Of a stretch of DNA of 64,000 nucleotides, positions 15,705-36,541 are shown piece by piece; the first letter of the stretch is position 1, and every line of letters starts with the position of its first letter. A program made the position numbers and the translations under genes. This DNA is from the human T2T-CHM13v2.0 reference genome, Homo sapiens: the NCBI RefSeq assembly GCF_009914755.1, contig NC_060931.1. One strand, 5' to 3'. The notes under the pieces were generated by a model. The model had not been told where the DNA came from. It did no database searches and saw only the letters and a program-made list of their open reading frames with translations.

Positions 15705-16652
15705 TAAATTAGATGGGTTGGAGGCAGCCACTGACTTTGCCATAAACATATGTATAGAATTGCTTTGGTAAGGTGCTTACCTGGCTTTCATCTTTAAAGT
15801 GGGAGTAATATTTGCCTTTCTTACCTCACAAGGGTATCATGAGGACCAAATGAAATAATTTATATGAAGAAGTATTGAAAATTATAAAGCATTGTACAAA
15901 ACAATGTAGGCAAAGAGTACAGGTGTTTTTATCTTATCACAGTTAGTTTTCGAAATTATTACTGTCTTTTCACATTTAATCCCTCACCCCTCATATCACT
16001 TATTTGCAGATGGTACTGCCCCTTTTCTGTAAGATCTTTATAATAGTGTAGATGTTTGTAGTAGATCTTTCTAGTAGTGTATCAAGTAGAACGATAAGAA
16101 AGTAGTTTTTTTCTTTTACCTTTCTTCAATCATTTTATTTCTTTTTAATTCAGTGTGATTAAACTGGAACCTCTTCATTTTTCCATTCTCCATATAATTG
16201 AAAAAGATACAGGTTAAAATTACAACTTTTGTACTTAGCCTTATATTCTTACAGTAACTAATAGGATATGTATATTCCTTGCCCATGGCAATGAAGTTTC
16301 CCTAAAAATCTGACTTTCTTAAAGACTAGTTAGATGATGTGAAGAACCTCGGAAGTAGAGGTCTAGAGATCCCAGGTAACAGATATCTTTCTACAATCAG
16401 ATAAGTTCCTTTTTTCTTTCCTACTTTGAACACCTTCATTTGGTTAAGTTGTCCTTCACTTAGTGTTTGCTTTTTAGCCATCTTTATCAGGTGAGGTAAT
16501 GATAAACCTTGAGATCTAGCCTTTGGGAACATAAGTGTGATTTAAACAAATTGAGTTCCTTGCTCCAAGCAAAGTACCTCCTCATTCTAGGTCCTCAAGT
16601 ATGTGCTTTCTGAACTGGGCAGTTGTTTTTCTATGCTATTCAATTCTTTTAA

Positions 16653-17357
<705 letters not shown>

Positions 17358-17489
17358 AGTTTTGTTATTCTTTATAAAATCTCCTTATGGTAGGAAATGA
17401 AATTTACTCCTTATCTGGACACTTGGTCATCTTTTTAAACTTGATTTCTCATCAGAACCATTTGTCATTAAGAATAGTAGCAGTGGGAA

Positions 17490-17645
17490 GGAAGAAAAAG
17501 GAATAGTAGCAGTGATCCTTAAATTTTTCTTAGCAGGTGATATATTTAGAATATACTTTATTATTTCAGAAGTTTTTTTCTTACACCAAATTATCAGAAC
17601 TAATTTTTATTTCAGATAGTAACCTTTTCTAAATTTATTTTACAA
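17490..17645 (+). repeat. 156-bp dispersed direct repeat, copy 2
   Basis: 155/156 identical to 15549-15704 (15612 T vs 17553 A). Confidence 0.95.
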
Positions 17646-17775
17646 ACATCCTTATTGCAGTCTGTGTTGCAGTTAGGATTTAAGGGAGATGCTGCCATGG
17701 TGGATGAATTTCTTTGACATTTATAGAGTTAAAGACAACAGGATATAGCGGAAACTTTTTTGTTTTTTAATCTAG

Positions 17776-17913
17776 TATGATGAATTAGTTCCCGCTTCTC
17801 TAACAACAAAATATGGAGGCTTTTATATCAACACTGGCACTCTACAGTTTCGCCAAGCTTCAGATACTGAAGAAGATGATATTACAGACAACCAAAAGCA
17901 CAAGCCACCCAAG
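17776..17913 (+). CDS. UBN2: UBN2 exon 4 ([27 protein letters not shown]...KPPK), second half of HRD
   Basis: tctag acceptor, gtgagt donor; 138 nt in frame; GGFYINxG motif of HRD. Confidence 0.96.
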
Positions 17914-18286
17914 GTGAGTTTATCAAACATTGCAACAGTACTGAGAATGTTCAATTAATAGGATTTTTTTTAATGTTACTTGTGTCACACGTGTGAATGT
18001 AAGGAAAAGTAAAATACAAACCATTGTGTCATGAATATATAATTACATGCTTTAAAATTAAATTATGTAGATATTGGAAAATTGGTATTTACATCATAGA
18101 ATTATATTTTCTTATAAAAACTTCTCTCTACAAATGTGGGCTAATAATTTACTGTTTCTGGGAGAAGGTTATATTTCTCGGATAGGTTAATATTAATAGC
18201 TGTTACCTTTCCTAAGATGTCATTTTTAACAAAATCTATAGAATTTGTATACATTGTCTTTGGGAAAGATATAGTGTCCTTGGATA

Positions 18287-18478
18287 AGTGTTTCTTGAAG
18301 TGTGGCCCAAAGACTTACTTACACCAGAATCACCAGAATGCTTGTTTAAAATGCAAATTATAAGGTTCTAACTCAGATAACTGAATCGAAACCGGAGGTG
18401 AGAGTGCTCTTGAACCCCAAGGATCTGCAGTTATAACAAACGATTGTAATGCACACTGACATTTGAGAAAAACCACTG
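18287..18478 (+). mobile_element. MER5A-like hAT-Charlie element
   Basis: agtgtttcttgaagtgtggcc...cagaatcacc...cttgtttaaaatgcaaatt...tttgagaaaaccactg. Confidence 0.75.
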
Positions 18479-18554
18479 CTGATGCTGGATTGCTAACATC
18501 AAAGAGTAAAGCATTGTTACTTACATAAATGATCATTCTTTTATCATTTTGCAG

Positions 18555-18658
18555 GTCCCCAAAATAAAAGAAGATGATATTGAGATGAAGAAGCGGAAGC
18601 GGAAAGAGGAAGGGGAAAAGGAGAAGAAGCCAAGGAAAAAAGTTCCCAAACAACTGGG
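18555..18658 (+). CDS. UBN2: UBN2 exon 5 (VPKIKEDDIEMKKRKRKEEGEKEKKPRKK...), basic NLS-like segment
   Basis: ttttgcag acceptor, gtacgt donor; 104 nt, ends phase 2, matching next exon. Confidence 0.93.
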
Positions 18659-19049
18659 GTACGTTAAATTAAACCTAAGAAGGGAACTGGCGTCACAGTC
18701 TGACTGTCTCTCCCTTTAGAAAGATATACTTACCATTAACTAATTCAACCTAGCTGAGTCTAATTTAGTACGTTATTGACATATTAGTGACTTATGTTTA
18801 ATAGTATTGTAGTATTTGTTCTTAAGTAGAAGGCTTTGTCATCTTAGAGACTCCTAGTGTTTTAGGTGAAATGCTCATTACTACTTTTACCAACAAGAAC
18901 CAGTTTGAAAAGATATTATAAACATTGAAAAAACTGTTCTAATCTTTTGGTACTAAAACTAAGTTTAGATGCCTGGGGAATGAGGATTGGCAGTAGCCTA
19001 TATGTAAACAATTTATGGTTGTTTTAATATTAAAAATTTTGATTTGATT

Positions 19050-19686
<637 letters not shown>

Positions 19687-20104
19687 GTATATAGCTATTA
19701 TTAATGATATTGCTGCTAAAAAACAAATAGAATTTCTCAGAAGCCTTACATCAGAAGAATAAAATATTTGTATAATGCAGTCAAACATTACCAATTGCCT
19801 TGACTTCTCTGTGGCTTTTTTCACAGAGCTAAGGGAAAGACGCTTGTGAGAGGCTGAATTTTCTTACTCTACTTAGCAGTGGAGGTGCATCTGAATTTTG
19901 GGTTATCAATATCCATAAGATTGATGTCGGGCGTATTTCTCCCCTCCTAAAACTTGGGATTACAGTCATTAAGAAATTAGGAGGAAAAATGTGTATATTA
20001 CTAATGGTTGTCTTAAATCTTCATTATTTACAAGTAGACTTCTTTGGGAATGTAGGCTATAAGTAATCCCTTTTATTGAGTGTATTGTTTTTCAACTTTA
20101 TAAC

Positions 20105-20310
20105 TTATTCATTTATTCAGCTAATATTTATTAAGTACCCTGCTGTATACCAGGCACTGATACAGGGTTTGGGTTGTATAACAGTGACTGAAACACGGGG
20201 CTGCCTTTAAGATGCTAATAACCTTTTAGGTTCTGTAGTGCACATAGAAGCATTTAAGCCATAGGATTTAGAAAAGATTTCTAGGAGGAAGTAATAGCTA
20301 AACTGAGCTG
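20105..20310 (-). mobile_element. L2 3' end fragment
   Basis: ttattcatttattcagctaatatttattaagtaccctgctgtataccaggcactg. Confidence 0.65.
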
Positions 20311-20539
20311 TTTCCCCATTTTCTTCACTGTAATGGCCATTTACCTATTTGCCTTTCGTGGGTGACATTCCAGATTATACTGAAGAAGGTGCTATTGTAA
20401 TAGTATAAGTTAATAAGAAATTAAGAAAACTGCTCTGTCACCTGTCAAATTATTATTTTAATTCTGTGCCTGCTTATTTATGTGACACTTTAACGTTTAA
20501 AATCACACATAGCCTAACTGATCATTTTTGTCTTCACAG

Positions 20540-21029
20540 AGTTGTGGCTCTAAATTCACACAAGTCTGAAAAAAAGAAGAAACGTTATAAAGATTCTCTT
20601 TCTCTAGCTGCCATGATTAGAAAATTCCAGAAAGAGAAGGATGCATTAAAGAAGGAGTCTAACCCCAAAGTCCCAGTGACCTTGTCAACCCCTTCTCTGA
20701 ATAAACCCCCATGTGCTGCTGCAGCACTGGGGAATGACGTCCCGGACTTAAATCTGAGCAGCGGTGATCCAGACCTTCCCATTTTTGTTAGCACAAATGA
20801 ACATGAGCTGTTTCAGGAAGCTGAAAATGCCCTAGAGATGCTAGATGATTTTGACTTCGACAGATTACTGGATGCTGCTTCTGATGGTAGCCCCCTATCT
20901 GAGTCGGGGGGTGAAAATGGAACCACCACCCAGCCAACCTACACTTCTCAGGTTATGCCCAAAGTGGTACCTACACTCCCAGAGGGTCTACCTGTACTTC
21001 TTGAAAAACGTATCGAAGACCTTCGTGTA
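20540..21029 (+). CDS. UBN2: UBN2 exon 6 (VVALNSHKSEKKKK...LEKRIEDLRV)
   Basis: tcttcacag acceptor, gtaagt donor; 490 nt; core of ORF 20466..21116. Confidence 0.95.
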
Positions 21030-21234
21030 GTAAGTGTAATAATTCTCTTGCTTTTTATTTGCTGCACAAACATAAGAATTAATGCTTTTGTTCGTTTGTT
21101 TTTATTTTCCACATAACACTGGTATAATTGCTTTTGTTTTTTAAAGATAAAAATAATAAACTACAATCTGAACATTTTTATAACTTTTTATTTGCCATGT
21201 TTCCTTTTAGACCTTTCTTTTTTCTTTCTTTCTT

Positions 21235-21687
21235 TCTTTTTTTTTTTTTTTTAGTAGAGACGGGGTTTCACCGTGTTAGCCAGGATGGTCTCAATCTCCT
21301 GACCTTGTGATCCGCCTGCCTTGGCCTCCCAAAGTGCTGGGATTACAGGCGTGAGCCACCGCACCTGGTGTTTTATTTTATTTATTTATTTATTTATTTA
21401 TTTTGAGACAAAGCCTTGCTCCGTCGTCACACAGGCTGGAGTGCAGTGGCGTGCTCTGCTCACTGCAACTTCTGCCTATTAGGTTCAAGAGATTCTCTTG
21501 CCTCAGCCTCCCAAATATCTGGGATTACAGGTGCGCACCATCTCCCCCGGCTAATTTTTGTATGCTTAGTAGAGATGGGGTTTCCCTATGTTGGCCAGGC
21601 TGGTCTTGAATTCCTGACCTCAAGTGATCTGCCTGCTTTGACCTCCCAAAGTGCTGGGATTACAGGTGTGACCCACTGCGCCCAGCC
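21235..21687 (-). mobile_element. Alu left arm plus full antisense Alu
   Basis: Alu motifs. Confidence 0.9.
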
Positions 21688-21716
21688 TAGACCTTTTCTC
21701 TTAAATAGAAATAACT

Positions 21717-22093
<377 letters not shown>

Positions 22094-22780
22094 TCACCTG
22101 ACTCCAGAGTAGGTGGCATAGGTTTTTTTGTTATTCCATGTGGCCCCATCTCTACAATCTTAGTTTCTTTTAGGTTTTAAAAAGTGCTAATGATGTAATT
22201 CAGGTTTTTCAAGGTGTAATTATTCATAATAGCTATCGTTTATTTAGCAGGAACCAATCCTGTGTGTTAGTTCCTTATTTATAAGATAGGGACTGTAACA
22301 CCAACTTTTTTGGCTGTTACGAAGGTTAAACATGGTGATGAGCATGAAGTCAGACACATGGTAGGCAGTAACGTGTATAGAAAATGAGACATCTCTTTCT
22401 GTCTCCTTTCTGTTACCTTGCAAATCACAGCAAGAATTAATAAACCTATGGATAATCAAAATACACAAGACATCCGAAGTATTTGCCTCATTTTGTGAAT
22501 TTAGGAAGACAAATTATATGTATATATATCAAATATGAAAGAAGGGTGTGTATGCTAAATTTCAACACTCTTTAATTGCCTACTTTATGCCAGGTACTAA
22601 ATTGCATACCAAGGATACAAAGTTAAGTGAATTATAGCCCTACCCTCAAGGAGCTTATTTTTTAGTAAATAAATATGGGAACAGTATCTTGTTTTTTAAA
22701 CTGTGGATTGAGACTTATCAATTGGTTGGAAATCACAATAGTAGGTAAAGGCCAGCATTTTTAAAAAATGAAATAAAAAT

Positions 22781-23085
<305 letters not shown>

Positions 23086-23852
23086 CTAATACATCAAAAG
23101 TAGGTTCCAAAAGTATTGTATGACATTTTTGTTTATATACGTGTGTGACTACTGGATAACTAAATCTAATTTTCTATAACTAGGTCATATAAAAAGTCTT
23201 AAGGTTATAAAGTTTAAAATTCCATCAGAAATTCTTCTAGGTGTTTTTACTCAAAGGAAATCTATTTTTTATTCACATTAGGCTTTGGTAAGTACTATAT
23301 GCATCATGAAGAGATTATAACTTAATTTGCAGTTTGATACTTTTTATGACCTGTGATGATTATTGAATCTAAAAATAGTACTAATTTATTATTCACATTA
23401 CTTTTTAAAAAATACTGTTTTTGCCTTCACCAAATCATCAGTTAAGTGACCTTTTAAAAAAATCGTTTATTTCAACAGTTGTACTATCAATTCCGTATTA
23501 CTTTACTTATTCACTACATGTTTGGCTTTTTAACTTCCTCTTAGAGATTACCAACTCTACTGATTTTTTGTTGTTGTTGACTATATCTATGGTTATTTTT
23601 TTCCCCCAAAATATACTGCCTCCAGCCACACATTTCAGCTGGATCATTGACTGTATTCTGGTCAGCGATCCTCATGGAATGTAGCTAACTCTATTAATAA
23701 TTATGATGTCAGTGACTCCTTAAAGGACAGAGTCATAGAGTCTGTCTTCTTGGATTCAAGTTAGATATGACACCAGATTCTTTTGTCTGCTCGTAGAAGT
23801 CTGCAACTTCAATGTGGGGGTTGATCACACGATTTGGACCTCTTTTTTTTGA

Positions 23853-24174
<322 letters not shown>

Positions 24175-24179
24175 TACAC

Positions 24180-24385
24180 TATTTTTTAATTAATACATAT
24201 AAGATGTAGATATTTTTGGGGTACATGTCATAATTTGATACATTCATATGATCAAATCATGGTAATTGGGTTAGCCATCACCTTAAATATTTATCTTTAT
24301 ACCAGGAACATTTGAATTATTGTCTTCTAGCTATTTTGAAATGTGCCATCAATTATTTTTAACTGTAGCTACCCTACTGTGACCT
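24180..24385 (-). mobile_element. L1MA-type 3' end fragment
   Basis: tatttttggggtacatgt...gtaattggg...ccatcaccttaaa...ttctagctattttgaaat. Confidence 0.75.
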
Positions 24386-24502
24386 ATACTATTTCTAAAT
24401 ATCTTTGTATTTGATTCTAAAGACTCTTAATCTTGATGGGAATTGATTTTTTTGTTTTTTCATGTTCTTAGGATCACAACTTTTACAGATTTTTAAAATA
24501 TT

Positions 24503-25265
<763 letters not shown>

Positions 25266-25397
25266 ATACCCAGCTGAATTTGAATCTCTCAAATGGCTTT
25301 GCCTCTCTGTTCATCACAACTCATTTGGTGTTCTACTGTTAGGAGATTCTTTTTTTTTTTTTCATTAGATGTTCATCTCAAAGTAATTGTTTATTGC

Positions 25398-25542
25398 AGC
25401 AGGGCACAGTGGTACATACCTGTAATCCCAGCTACTTGGGAAGCTGTAAGGTGGGAGGATTGCTTGAGCCCAGAAGTTTGATACCAACCTGGGCAACATA
25501 GAGAGGCCCTATCTCAAAAAAAAAAAAAAAAAAAGAAAAAAA
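25398..25542 (+). mobile_element. FLAM/Alu monomer ~80 nt upstream of exon 7
   Basis: single Alu arm with A tail. Confidence 0.85.
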
Positions 25543-25621
25543 CCTTTGAACACGTGTCCTAAGAATGCAAAATAGAGTAATGGCCTATTTTGATTTATTA
25601 TCATCTTTCTTGTTTCTTTAG

Positions 25622-25692
25622 GCTGCCAAACTTTTTGATGAAGAAGGAAGGAAAAAATTCTTTACACAGGATATGAATAATATTCTTCTGGA
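25622..25692 (+). CDS. UBN2: UBN2 exon 7 (AAKLFDEEGRKKFFTQDMNNILL), middle domain
   Basis: ttctttag acceptor, gtaagt donor; 71 nt, phase 0/2. Confidence 0.94.
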
Positions 25693-26540
25693 GTAAGTAA
25701 TTTTCTTTAAAAAAAAAAACCTTAAGAATGATACATTAAAAAATGTAATAGGCCTTTGAGATACTGAGTGGTTGGCAAGTCTTGGGCATGAGTTCTTCCC
25801 CTTAAGCCTTACAGCATGTATGATTCACATTTGTTTCTCAGCAAAATTATCTTTCTGTATATATTGGTTTTCCTGGACCACTTAGGATAATCAAAGCTTC
25901 CAATAGTTACAACTGCCAGAGCAAGTGACGACTATGCAGGTTGGATATTAAGCTAGACTTAACGTACTTCATACCACCTTATATGAAAGTATCTTTCTGG
26001 GAAATGTTAGAGCGTTTATATACAGATTTGGCATGATTTTCCATCTACTTTTATTACTTACACTGGGGAATAGTAATTCCGTTGATATCTAGTGAGGTTG
26101 ATTATAATTTGTACAAACTTTTATAGTCAAATGGAAAGTACAGTTTTATAAAGAAATTGTGGTTGTGAGGTAGGATAGAGATAATGTAGAGGAGATAGCA
26201 GTTAGATTGAGAATAAGAAGGTGAAGGTAGATATATAATATAGATTGTATTTAAATTAGCAAATTTTATATTTAACTTAGCAATAATTTTGCACTCAGAG
26301 TTTGATACTAATGAAGCTGTAGGTTCTAAGGTTGTGGTCAAATAAACTGAACTTATAAACCTTGTCCTTGACTTAGATTTTAACCATTGTTTACAAGAAT
26401 CAGGTATATAATTGGATGCAGAACTGGGCAAAAAAGTAATCATGAGGAAAATAGCAAATTTTAGCCCTCTCTGGTGAAAATAATGTTTGCTTATTCTTAG
26501 TGGCTTAGTAGCATCATGTATTATAGAAAGACACGGGAAA

Positions 26541-26896
<356 letters not shown>

Positions 26897-28209
26897 CTAT
26901 GATTTCCATCTTTTAAATACATAATGGAGACAGTTTCTCATGAGATGTGAAGAAGGGCTGATTGATCATTGCTTCTGATAATGTTTGTAATTTATTACTG
27001 TCTATTATTTTGGAGTGCTTAAAAATAGACTCAGAAAATGTATAACTTAGTCTGCCGCTAGTATGGTGGCAGAGGAGTTTCTCATTTCTGTTCCTAGTTA
27101 CTTTAACCAGGAATTTTCAGATGGAGTCTTTTCTGCGTGGCAGCCAGGCAACTGCTTTCTATCTACACCACCTCCTTTTACCTAGCTCCCTTTAAAACCC
27201 CGGACTCAGTGAACAGTGCAGCCATTACTTGTCAGAGCTGTCACAGATTCCATAGTCAGGGATCTGACCAACTCTTCTTTTTCTTTCCACCTGGGAACCC
27301 GAAGTGTGATCAGGTCCTTCTCTTGTGACTGAGGCTGTTCTTTTTTATTTTGCTCTTCTGTAAAAGGGAACAACTGTTTCTCTCCGGGGAGAGTCAAAAG
27401 ACCATCCTTGGGACATAGCATCTCAGATAAGCAGAGTATCAGCATTCCATTAACAGGCTTTCCTGTTTATTCCTCTCATGTCTATCTTAAAACGAATCTT
27501 CCCATTTTTTGGAGCCCATCTGCTTTTTATTTCACAGAGGGTATGCCTCCAGTTTCACAAGTACTAGTGTTCTGAGTTGAATTTTTTTTTTCCCTTTTAG
27601 TCACTTTCTTATTCCCTCAGCCTCTTTTTCCGCTTTCCTAAACAAACATGTCTTATTTTCTGTATTGAGTTGCCCTTCTAAGAGAATATGGAACATGATT
27701 ATTTAGAGTAGGAACTCCCATGAAGCTATCCAGTTGTATTGGTGATGCCTTGCCATTGCTTCCTTATACTAGGGAAAAAAGAGATCAATTTGTTGGAATA
27801 GGGAACCCCCCCTTTTTTTCCTGATTGAATTTGACCCGGATCAATAAATATACAACATGCTGATGATTTCCTTGTCTACTACCTAGAGCAGACGTTGCTC
27901 ATAAATGTTTTTTTCTTTTTTCTCTTTTGAGACAGGGTGTCACTCTGTTGCCCAGCCTGGAGCAGTGATGTGCTCATGGCTCACTGGCCTTGACCTGCCG
28001 GGCAATTGCCAGTGGGCCGAGGGGTAGTATAATATCTCTTTGAGGAAAGGAGCTTTTGGTTAATTACAAATTTATTGTGCTTTACCCAAAACCATAGAGT
28101 TTGCCCCTGTAACCCAAAAAATATTTCCAGCTTGTTCATGGTTATTGAAGTTCTACTCTTAAACTAGATTGATAGAATACTTTTATAGCATTACTATTTA
28201 TTGGTATGG

Positions 28210-28517
<308 letters not shown>

Positions 28518-28682
28518 ACTGTTTATTGCTATGGGTTTTTTTTTATTTTTTCCATGAAGAATACTGTTTAGGAAATCATGAAAAGATAAAATGAGAACAA
28601 GAACTGGCTTTGCTTTCTTGTCTGTGCAATGCCACCTAAAATAAATTCTATACTGTTCATTGTTGTTAACTTTTTTGGCCAG

Positions 28683-28812
28683 CATTGAGTTACAGCTACA
28701 AGAACTAGGCCCTGTCATTCGCAGTGGTGTCTACTCCCACCTTGAAGCTTTTGTGCCATGCAATAAAGAAACACTAGTAAAACGTCTGAAGAAGTTACAT
28801 CTCAATGTCCAG
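28683..28812 (+). CDS. UBN2: UBN2 exon 8 (IELQLQELGPVIRSGVYSHLEAFVPCNKETLVKRLKKLHLNVQ)
   Basis: ttttttggccag acceptor, gtaaga donor; 130 nt; inside ORF 28660..28854. Confidence 0.95.
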
Positions 28813-29096
28813 GTAAGAGGAAGAACAATAATATCTACATCTTGGGTTTCATAACCTGTAAAGATACTTGTTTCTGTTTGGGGCCTTTGCACATTAATTG
28901 ATTTATAGTCATATTGTATGTATTTAATAACCATAGGAGGTTATTAAAAGTATGTTGGATCCCCTGAAAAATAATTGCGTCTTCAACAATTGTTAAGTTT
29001 AGATGAGAAATGTTTTCTACGGCATAGATTGTTGGATGTAAGTTAATATAGTAGGTATGCTCTGACAAACAGTATTTTTTAATATAAGTACTCACC

Positions 29097-30370
<1,274 letters not shown>

Positions 30371-30377
30371 AGATGTT

Positions 30378-30526
30378 CACATTTTTAAACATAGGATTTT
30401 GTCATATGTGCTATAATATTTATTTACTGGTGTTCGTGGAATAGGTTAATATACACATTTTTAAACATGGGATTTTATGTTATATGTGCTGTAATATTTA
30501 CTGGTGTTCATGGAATAGGTTAATAT
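30378..30526 (+). repeat. diverged ~75-bp tandem duplication
   Basis: cacatttttaaacat...ggaataggttaatat x2 with substitutions and small indels. Confidence 0.9.
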
Positions 30527-30598
30527 GCTTATTTGTAATATTTGTGTTTTAAAAATCTTTTTCTTTACCAAAAATCACATTTTAAAAACAGTTGTTTT

Positions 30599-30888
30599 GG
30601 CTGAGTGGCTCACGCCTGTAATCCGAGCACTTTGGGAGGCCGAGGCAGGCAGATCACTTGAGGCCAGGAGTTCGAGACCAGCCTGGCCAACATGGCAAAA
30701 CCCTGTCCTACTAAAAATAGAAATATTTGTTGGGTGTGGTGGCACACACCTGTAGTCCCAGCTACTCGGGTGGCTGAGGCACGATAATCACTTGAACCCA
30801 GAAGGCGGAGGTTGCAGTGAGCCAAGATGGTGCCACTGCACTCCAGCCTGTGTGACAGCGAGACTCTGTCTCCAAAAAAAAAAAAAAA
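30599..30888 (+). mobile_element. AluS
   Basis: Alu motifs. Confidence 0.92.
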
Positions 30889-31610
30889 ATTGTTTCAGTA
30901 AAGAAAAGTCTTATAATATTTCTGCACCTATGATGGTGATAAAAGTATGTTTTAAGTAGTTACATATATACTTGTAAGATGCTTGTAAGATGAAAGTAAT
31001 AAATTGGTTGATTAAAACTGTCAGATGCAAACCTACTTTCTTTTTTGCCCTGAAAACGCACATGAATAAGAGTTTTTGGGTTCCTTTCACTTTGGCCTTG
31101 ACCTTGCATTTTTACTTGCAGCCTAAGTCAAAATTACTAACCATAACTGAGAGAACAGGATACCAACGTCCGGTTGGTAGTCACCCAAACCAAACACGTG
31201 TCTTCGTGTTCCAGAGCAGTGTCTATTCTTAGGGTACTGGTTTCCCATCACAATGGAAATTAACCAGTAGTAGTCTATACAAGTAGAATACAATGATTTT
31301 GTTTTCCGTTTTCTGTATGAAAGTGTTCACGGGGCATTTTGAAGAGTGTAATGGAACACTATTAATAATTATGCTGGGCGACAGGGAAAAACTGGAACTC
31401 TTCTTGGCTAACTGGAATATGTCATTCTAATTTTGTATCCAGTGTGTCTTAGGAAAAGTCAGTGCTGTAGAAGAAATGTCCATATTTAGATATGCTAATA
31501 TTTCAAATCTATAATTGGTATCTAAAACATAAATTTTATCTTTTGAGGACCTGCTTACAAGATTTCGTAAATATGTCTGATAAAAACTTCTAGTATGTTT
31601 TTCTTTTTAG

Positions 31611-32122
<512 letters not shown>

Positions 32123-32585
32123 TGAGAAGTACTTTTAGCTGTTCTGATGTTAAGTGGACCTCATTCTCAAGTAGAAATCCACATATACTGCTGACTTGAT
32201 ATAATTGAGTATTTTGTAAATGGCACTCAGTTGCTTTGCAGTCAGAGACAAAAGGTGTCTGTTGATTGATTGTATGGAGGTGATCAAGCAAGAGCTGACA
32301 CTGGTGAGAGATTTCACAACCCCAGCTTGACTGACTGTGGTTGAACACAAGTGTTTTCTGACCTAAAAGGTGAATGTTGGTGCCTTTACATTATAATCTG
32401 AAGTCCTTATTTACCAAACTACTTTATAACTCCTTTCAAATTTGAAGTATTATGTGGAAAGGTAGATTCCGTCTTTACCCTCTCTTTTAACATTCCATTA
32501 AGCAATTCAGCAAGTATTTATGGAGCATATTATATAGGCAGTGTTGGGTTAAAAGTTTGTTTTGTAAAGTGTTTTTCATTTTTAG

Positions 32586-32699
32586 ATTGCAGACAGATGA
32601 AGAACGAGAAAAAAATGGATCTGAAGAGGATGATGATGAGAAACCAGGAAAACGTGTCATAGGACCAAGAAAGAAATTCCACTGGGATGACACTATCAG
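32586..32699 (+). CDS. UBN2: UBN2 exon 10 (LQTDEEREKNGSEEDDDEKPGKRVIGPRKKFHWDDTI)
   Basis: catttttag acceptor, gtaaga donor; 114 nt, phase 2/2; PRKKFxW motif. Confidence 0.94.
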
Positions 32700-33219
32700 G
32701 TAAGATTTAATTAGTTTTCACTTTTAATATATAATGCAGAAGTAAGATTCCTCATTAAAAAAAAATCTATAATAAATATAAAACTAGATTGGAAGCAACC
32801 AAAGATTAGTGTGTAGGAAAAAATTATTCAAGAGAAGATTAATTGGGCTCTAATATCCTCAGAGTATTATTGCTTTTATTTTCATATACACTGTAATACT
32901 TTTTACAAACTAATCTAATAATGGTGTAAGTCATACTGGTTTCAGAAGGTGAAGTACTTTCAACATATTTCTTCTTTAGCCATCTTTCTCAATAGTATTT
33001 CTATACCCCAAGTAGAGAACCATCCCTTTCAATCTTTGGTGCTTTGATTAAAGATATCAAAGGAAATTGTTTCATATTGCAGGTTTGACTGTGGTGCAAT
33101 GAATGATATATGTTAGAAATTGTTTGTTATTTTCTGAATTTTTCACATAATCTGTATTATTGCTGCCAAATGTATGTTCTTCTAAAAAAAGTTTCAAATT
33201 TAATTTTCAATCTGTTTAG

Positions 33220-33363
33220 AACTTTGTTATGTAACCTTGTTGAGATCAAATTGGGATGCTATGAGTTAGAACCAAATAAAAGCCAGTCTGCTGAAGATTA
33301 TCTTAAGTCTTTTATGGAGACAGAAGTGAAGCCCCTGTGGCCTAAGGGCTGGATGCAGGCAAG
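33220..33363 (+). CDS. UBN2: UBN2 exon 11 ([15 protein letters not shown]...[13 protein letters not shown])
   Basis: ctgtttag acceptor, gtaaga donor; 144 nt; LWPKGWM motif of ubinuclein middle domain. Confidence 0.96.
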
Positions 33364-33762
33364 GTAAGAAATGTGACTTACTGGATTTTATTTTATTTTA
33401 TTATTATTGCTGTTATTAAAGATATACATACACATACACATATGTGACATTGATTTTGCTAAGAACCTAATATATTCAGCATGCTGTCTAGTCATCTCAG
33501 ATGATCCTTGCTTTGAAAACCTTAAGCACTTAAATGACAAAACAGTCGCGCACACAGAGATAGATGTAAAGGTGATATTTTACTTAACATTTTTTTTAAC
33601 ACCCAAATTTGCTAGTAGAGAAAAAGAGAAGAGGGAAGACTCCCAAATGGTTATGAAGTTTGGGAGAGGAGCTTTATAGGGGTAACATGAAGATGAGGAA
33701 CCTAATATGGGATTAGAGCATAGGAAAAGAGACACAGCCTTAGATTCTATTCAAAATAGTCA

Positions 33763-35215
<1,453 letters not shown>

Positions 35216-35384
35216 ATAAAACTCTCCATAAAATAGATTATTGAGTATACTGTACCATTATAACTTTTACTTGGTAAATAAGCAGTAATAGTCTACTGAA
35301 AATTAAATTACTTTAAAAAATAAAACAATTATGTTACTATCTGCTATAAAGAAAATAATAATTGTGTTCTTTAAATTTTTCCAG

Positions 35385-35435
35385 AATGCTTTTTAAGGAA
35401 AGCCGGAGTGTTCATAATCATCTTACTTCTGCTCC
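35385..35435 (+). CDS. UBN2: UBN2 exon 12 (MLFKESRSVHNHLTSA)
   Basis: tttttccag acceptor, gtgagt donor; 51 nt, phase 2/2. Confidence 0.92.
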
Positions 35436-36068
35436 GTGAGTAAATGCAGACTCCAGATTGCTTCATTTATTCACATTATGTGCTTTAGTGAACAAAAGTA
35501 TCATTTATTAAATGCTAGTTGGAATAGGACTTAAAAAGATCATTTTGACCATTGACTATTTAGACTTCAGAACACATTTATCTATTGAAATAATTGTCAG
35601 GGTACTCTCTAAACACCTACTAAATCCACACTGTGACACATAATGGCCTGGGATTCTGGTAGTAGGGAAGCATGAAGGCTCAGGGATTTTCCTTTGTTCC
35701 TGGGCCTTCTACCTGCCAGTCTTTTTCTCCACCTCTTAATGTCCATCTGCATTTGTAATCTACAGCCCTCTGTGTCCTGAGTTTACCAGGACAGATCCAT
35801 ATGCACACCCACCCTCGCTGCACTGCAGAGTGTTTTATTCCACAAAATTAACCTATTCTTGAGGTCTTCTGTTCAAAACCGTGTATTTCCTTAGTGATGT
35901 GATTACTAGAGAAAGATCTTTTATCCCCTCCACATACAACAAAAAGGCAAGTTTTTTCTGTGGTCACCTTTTTGGTTGAATATTGGTCAATTCCAGAACA
36001 GTTTCATTTTTCCCTACAACGTAGGGCTACTTCTCTGTAGCCTGCAAGGGTGGCATTAACGGTTATTA

Positions 36069-36386
<318 letters not shown>

Positions 36387-36541
36387 TTAGCAAGTTACTG
36401 AGAATTTACTGAACACTCTAATTCAATATTCTGCTGAGAGGTCTGTTTAATATCTTTTGGGCAACATTATAAAATTCCTACTCTCCTTGTATGCAGTTAT
36501 ATAGGAATTTTTTAGTTTTTAGGAAGGACAGTTCATTATTA

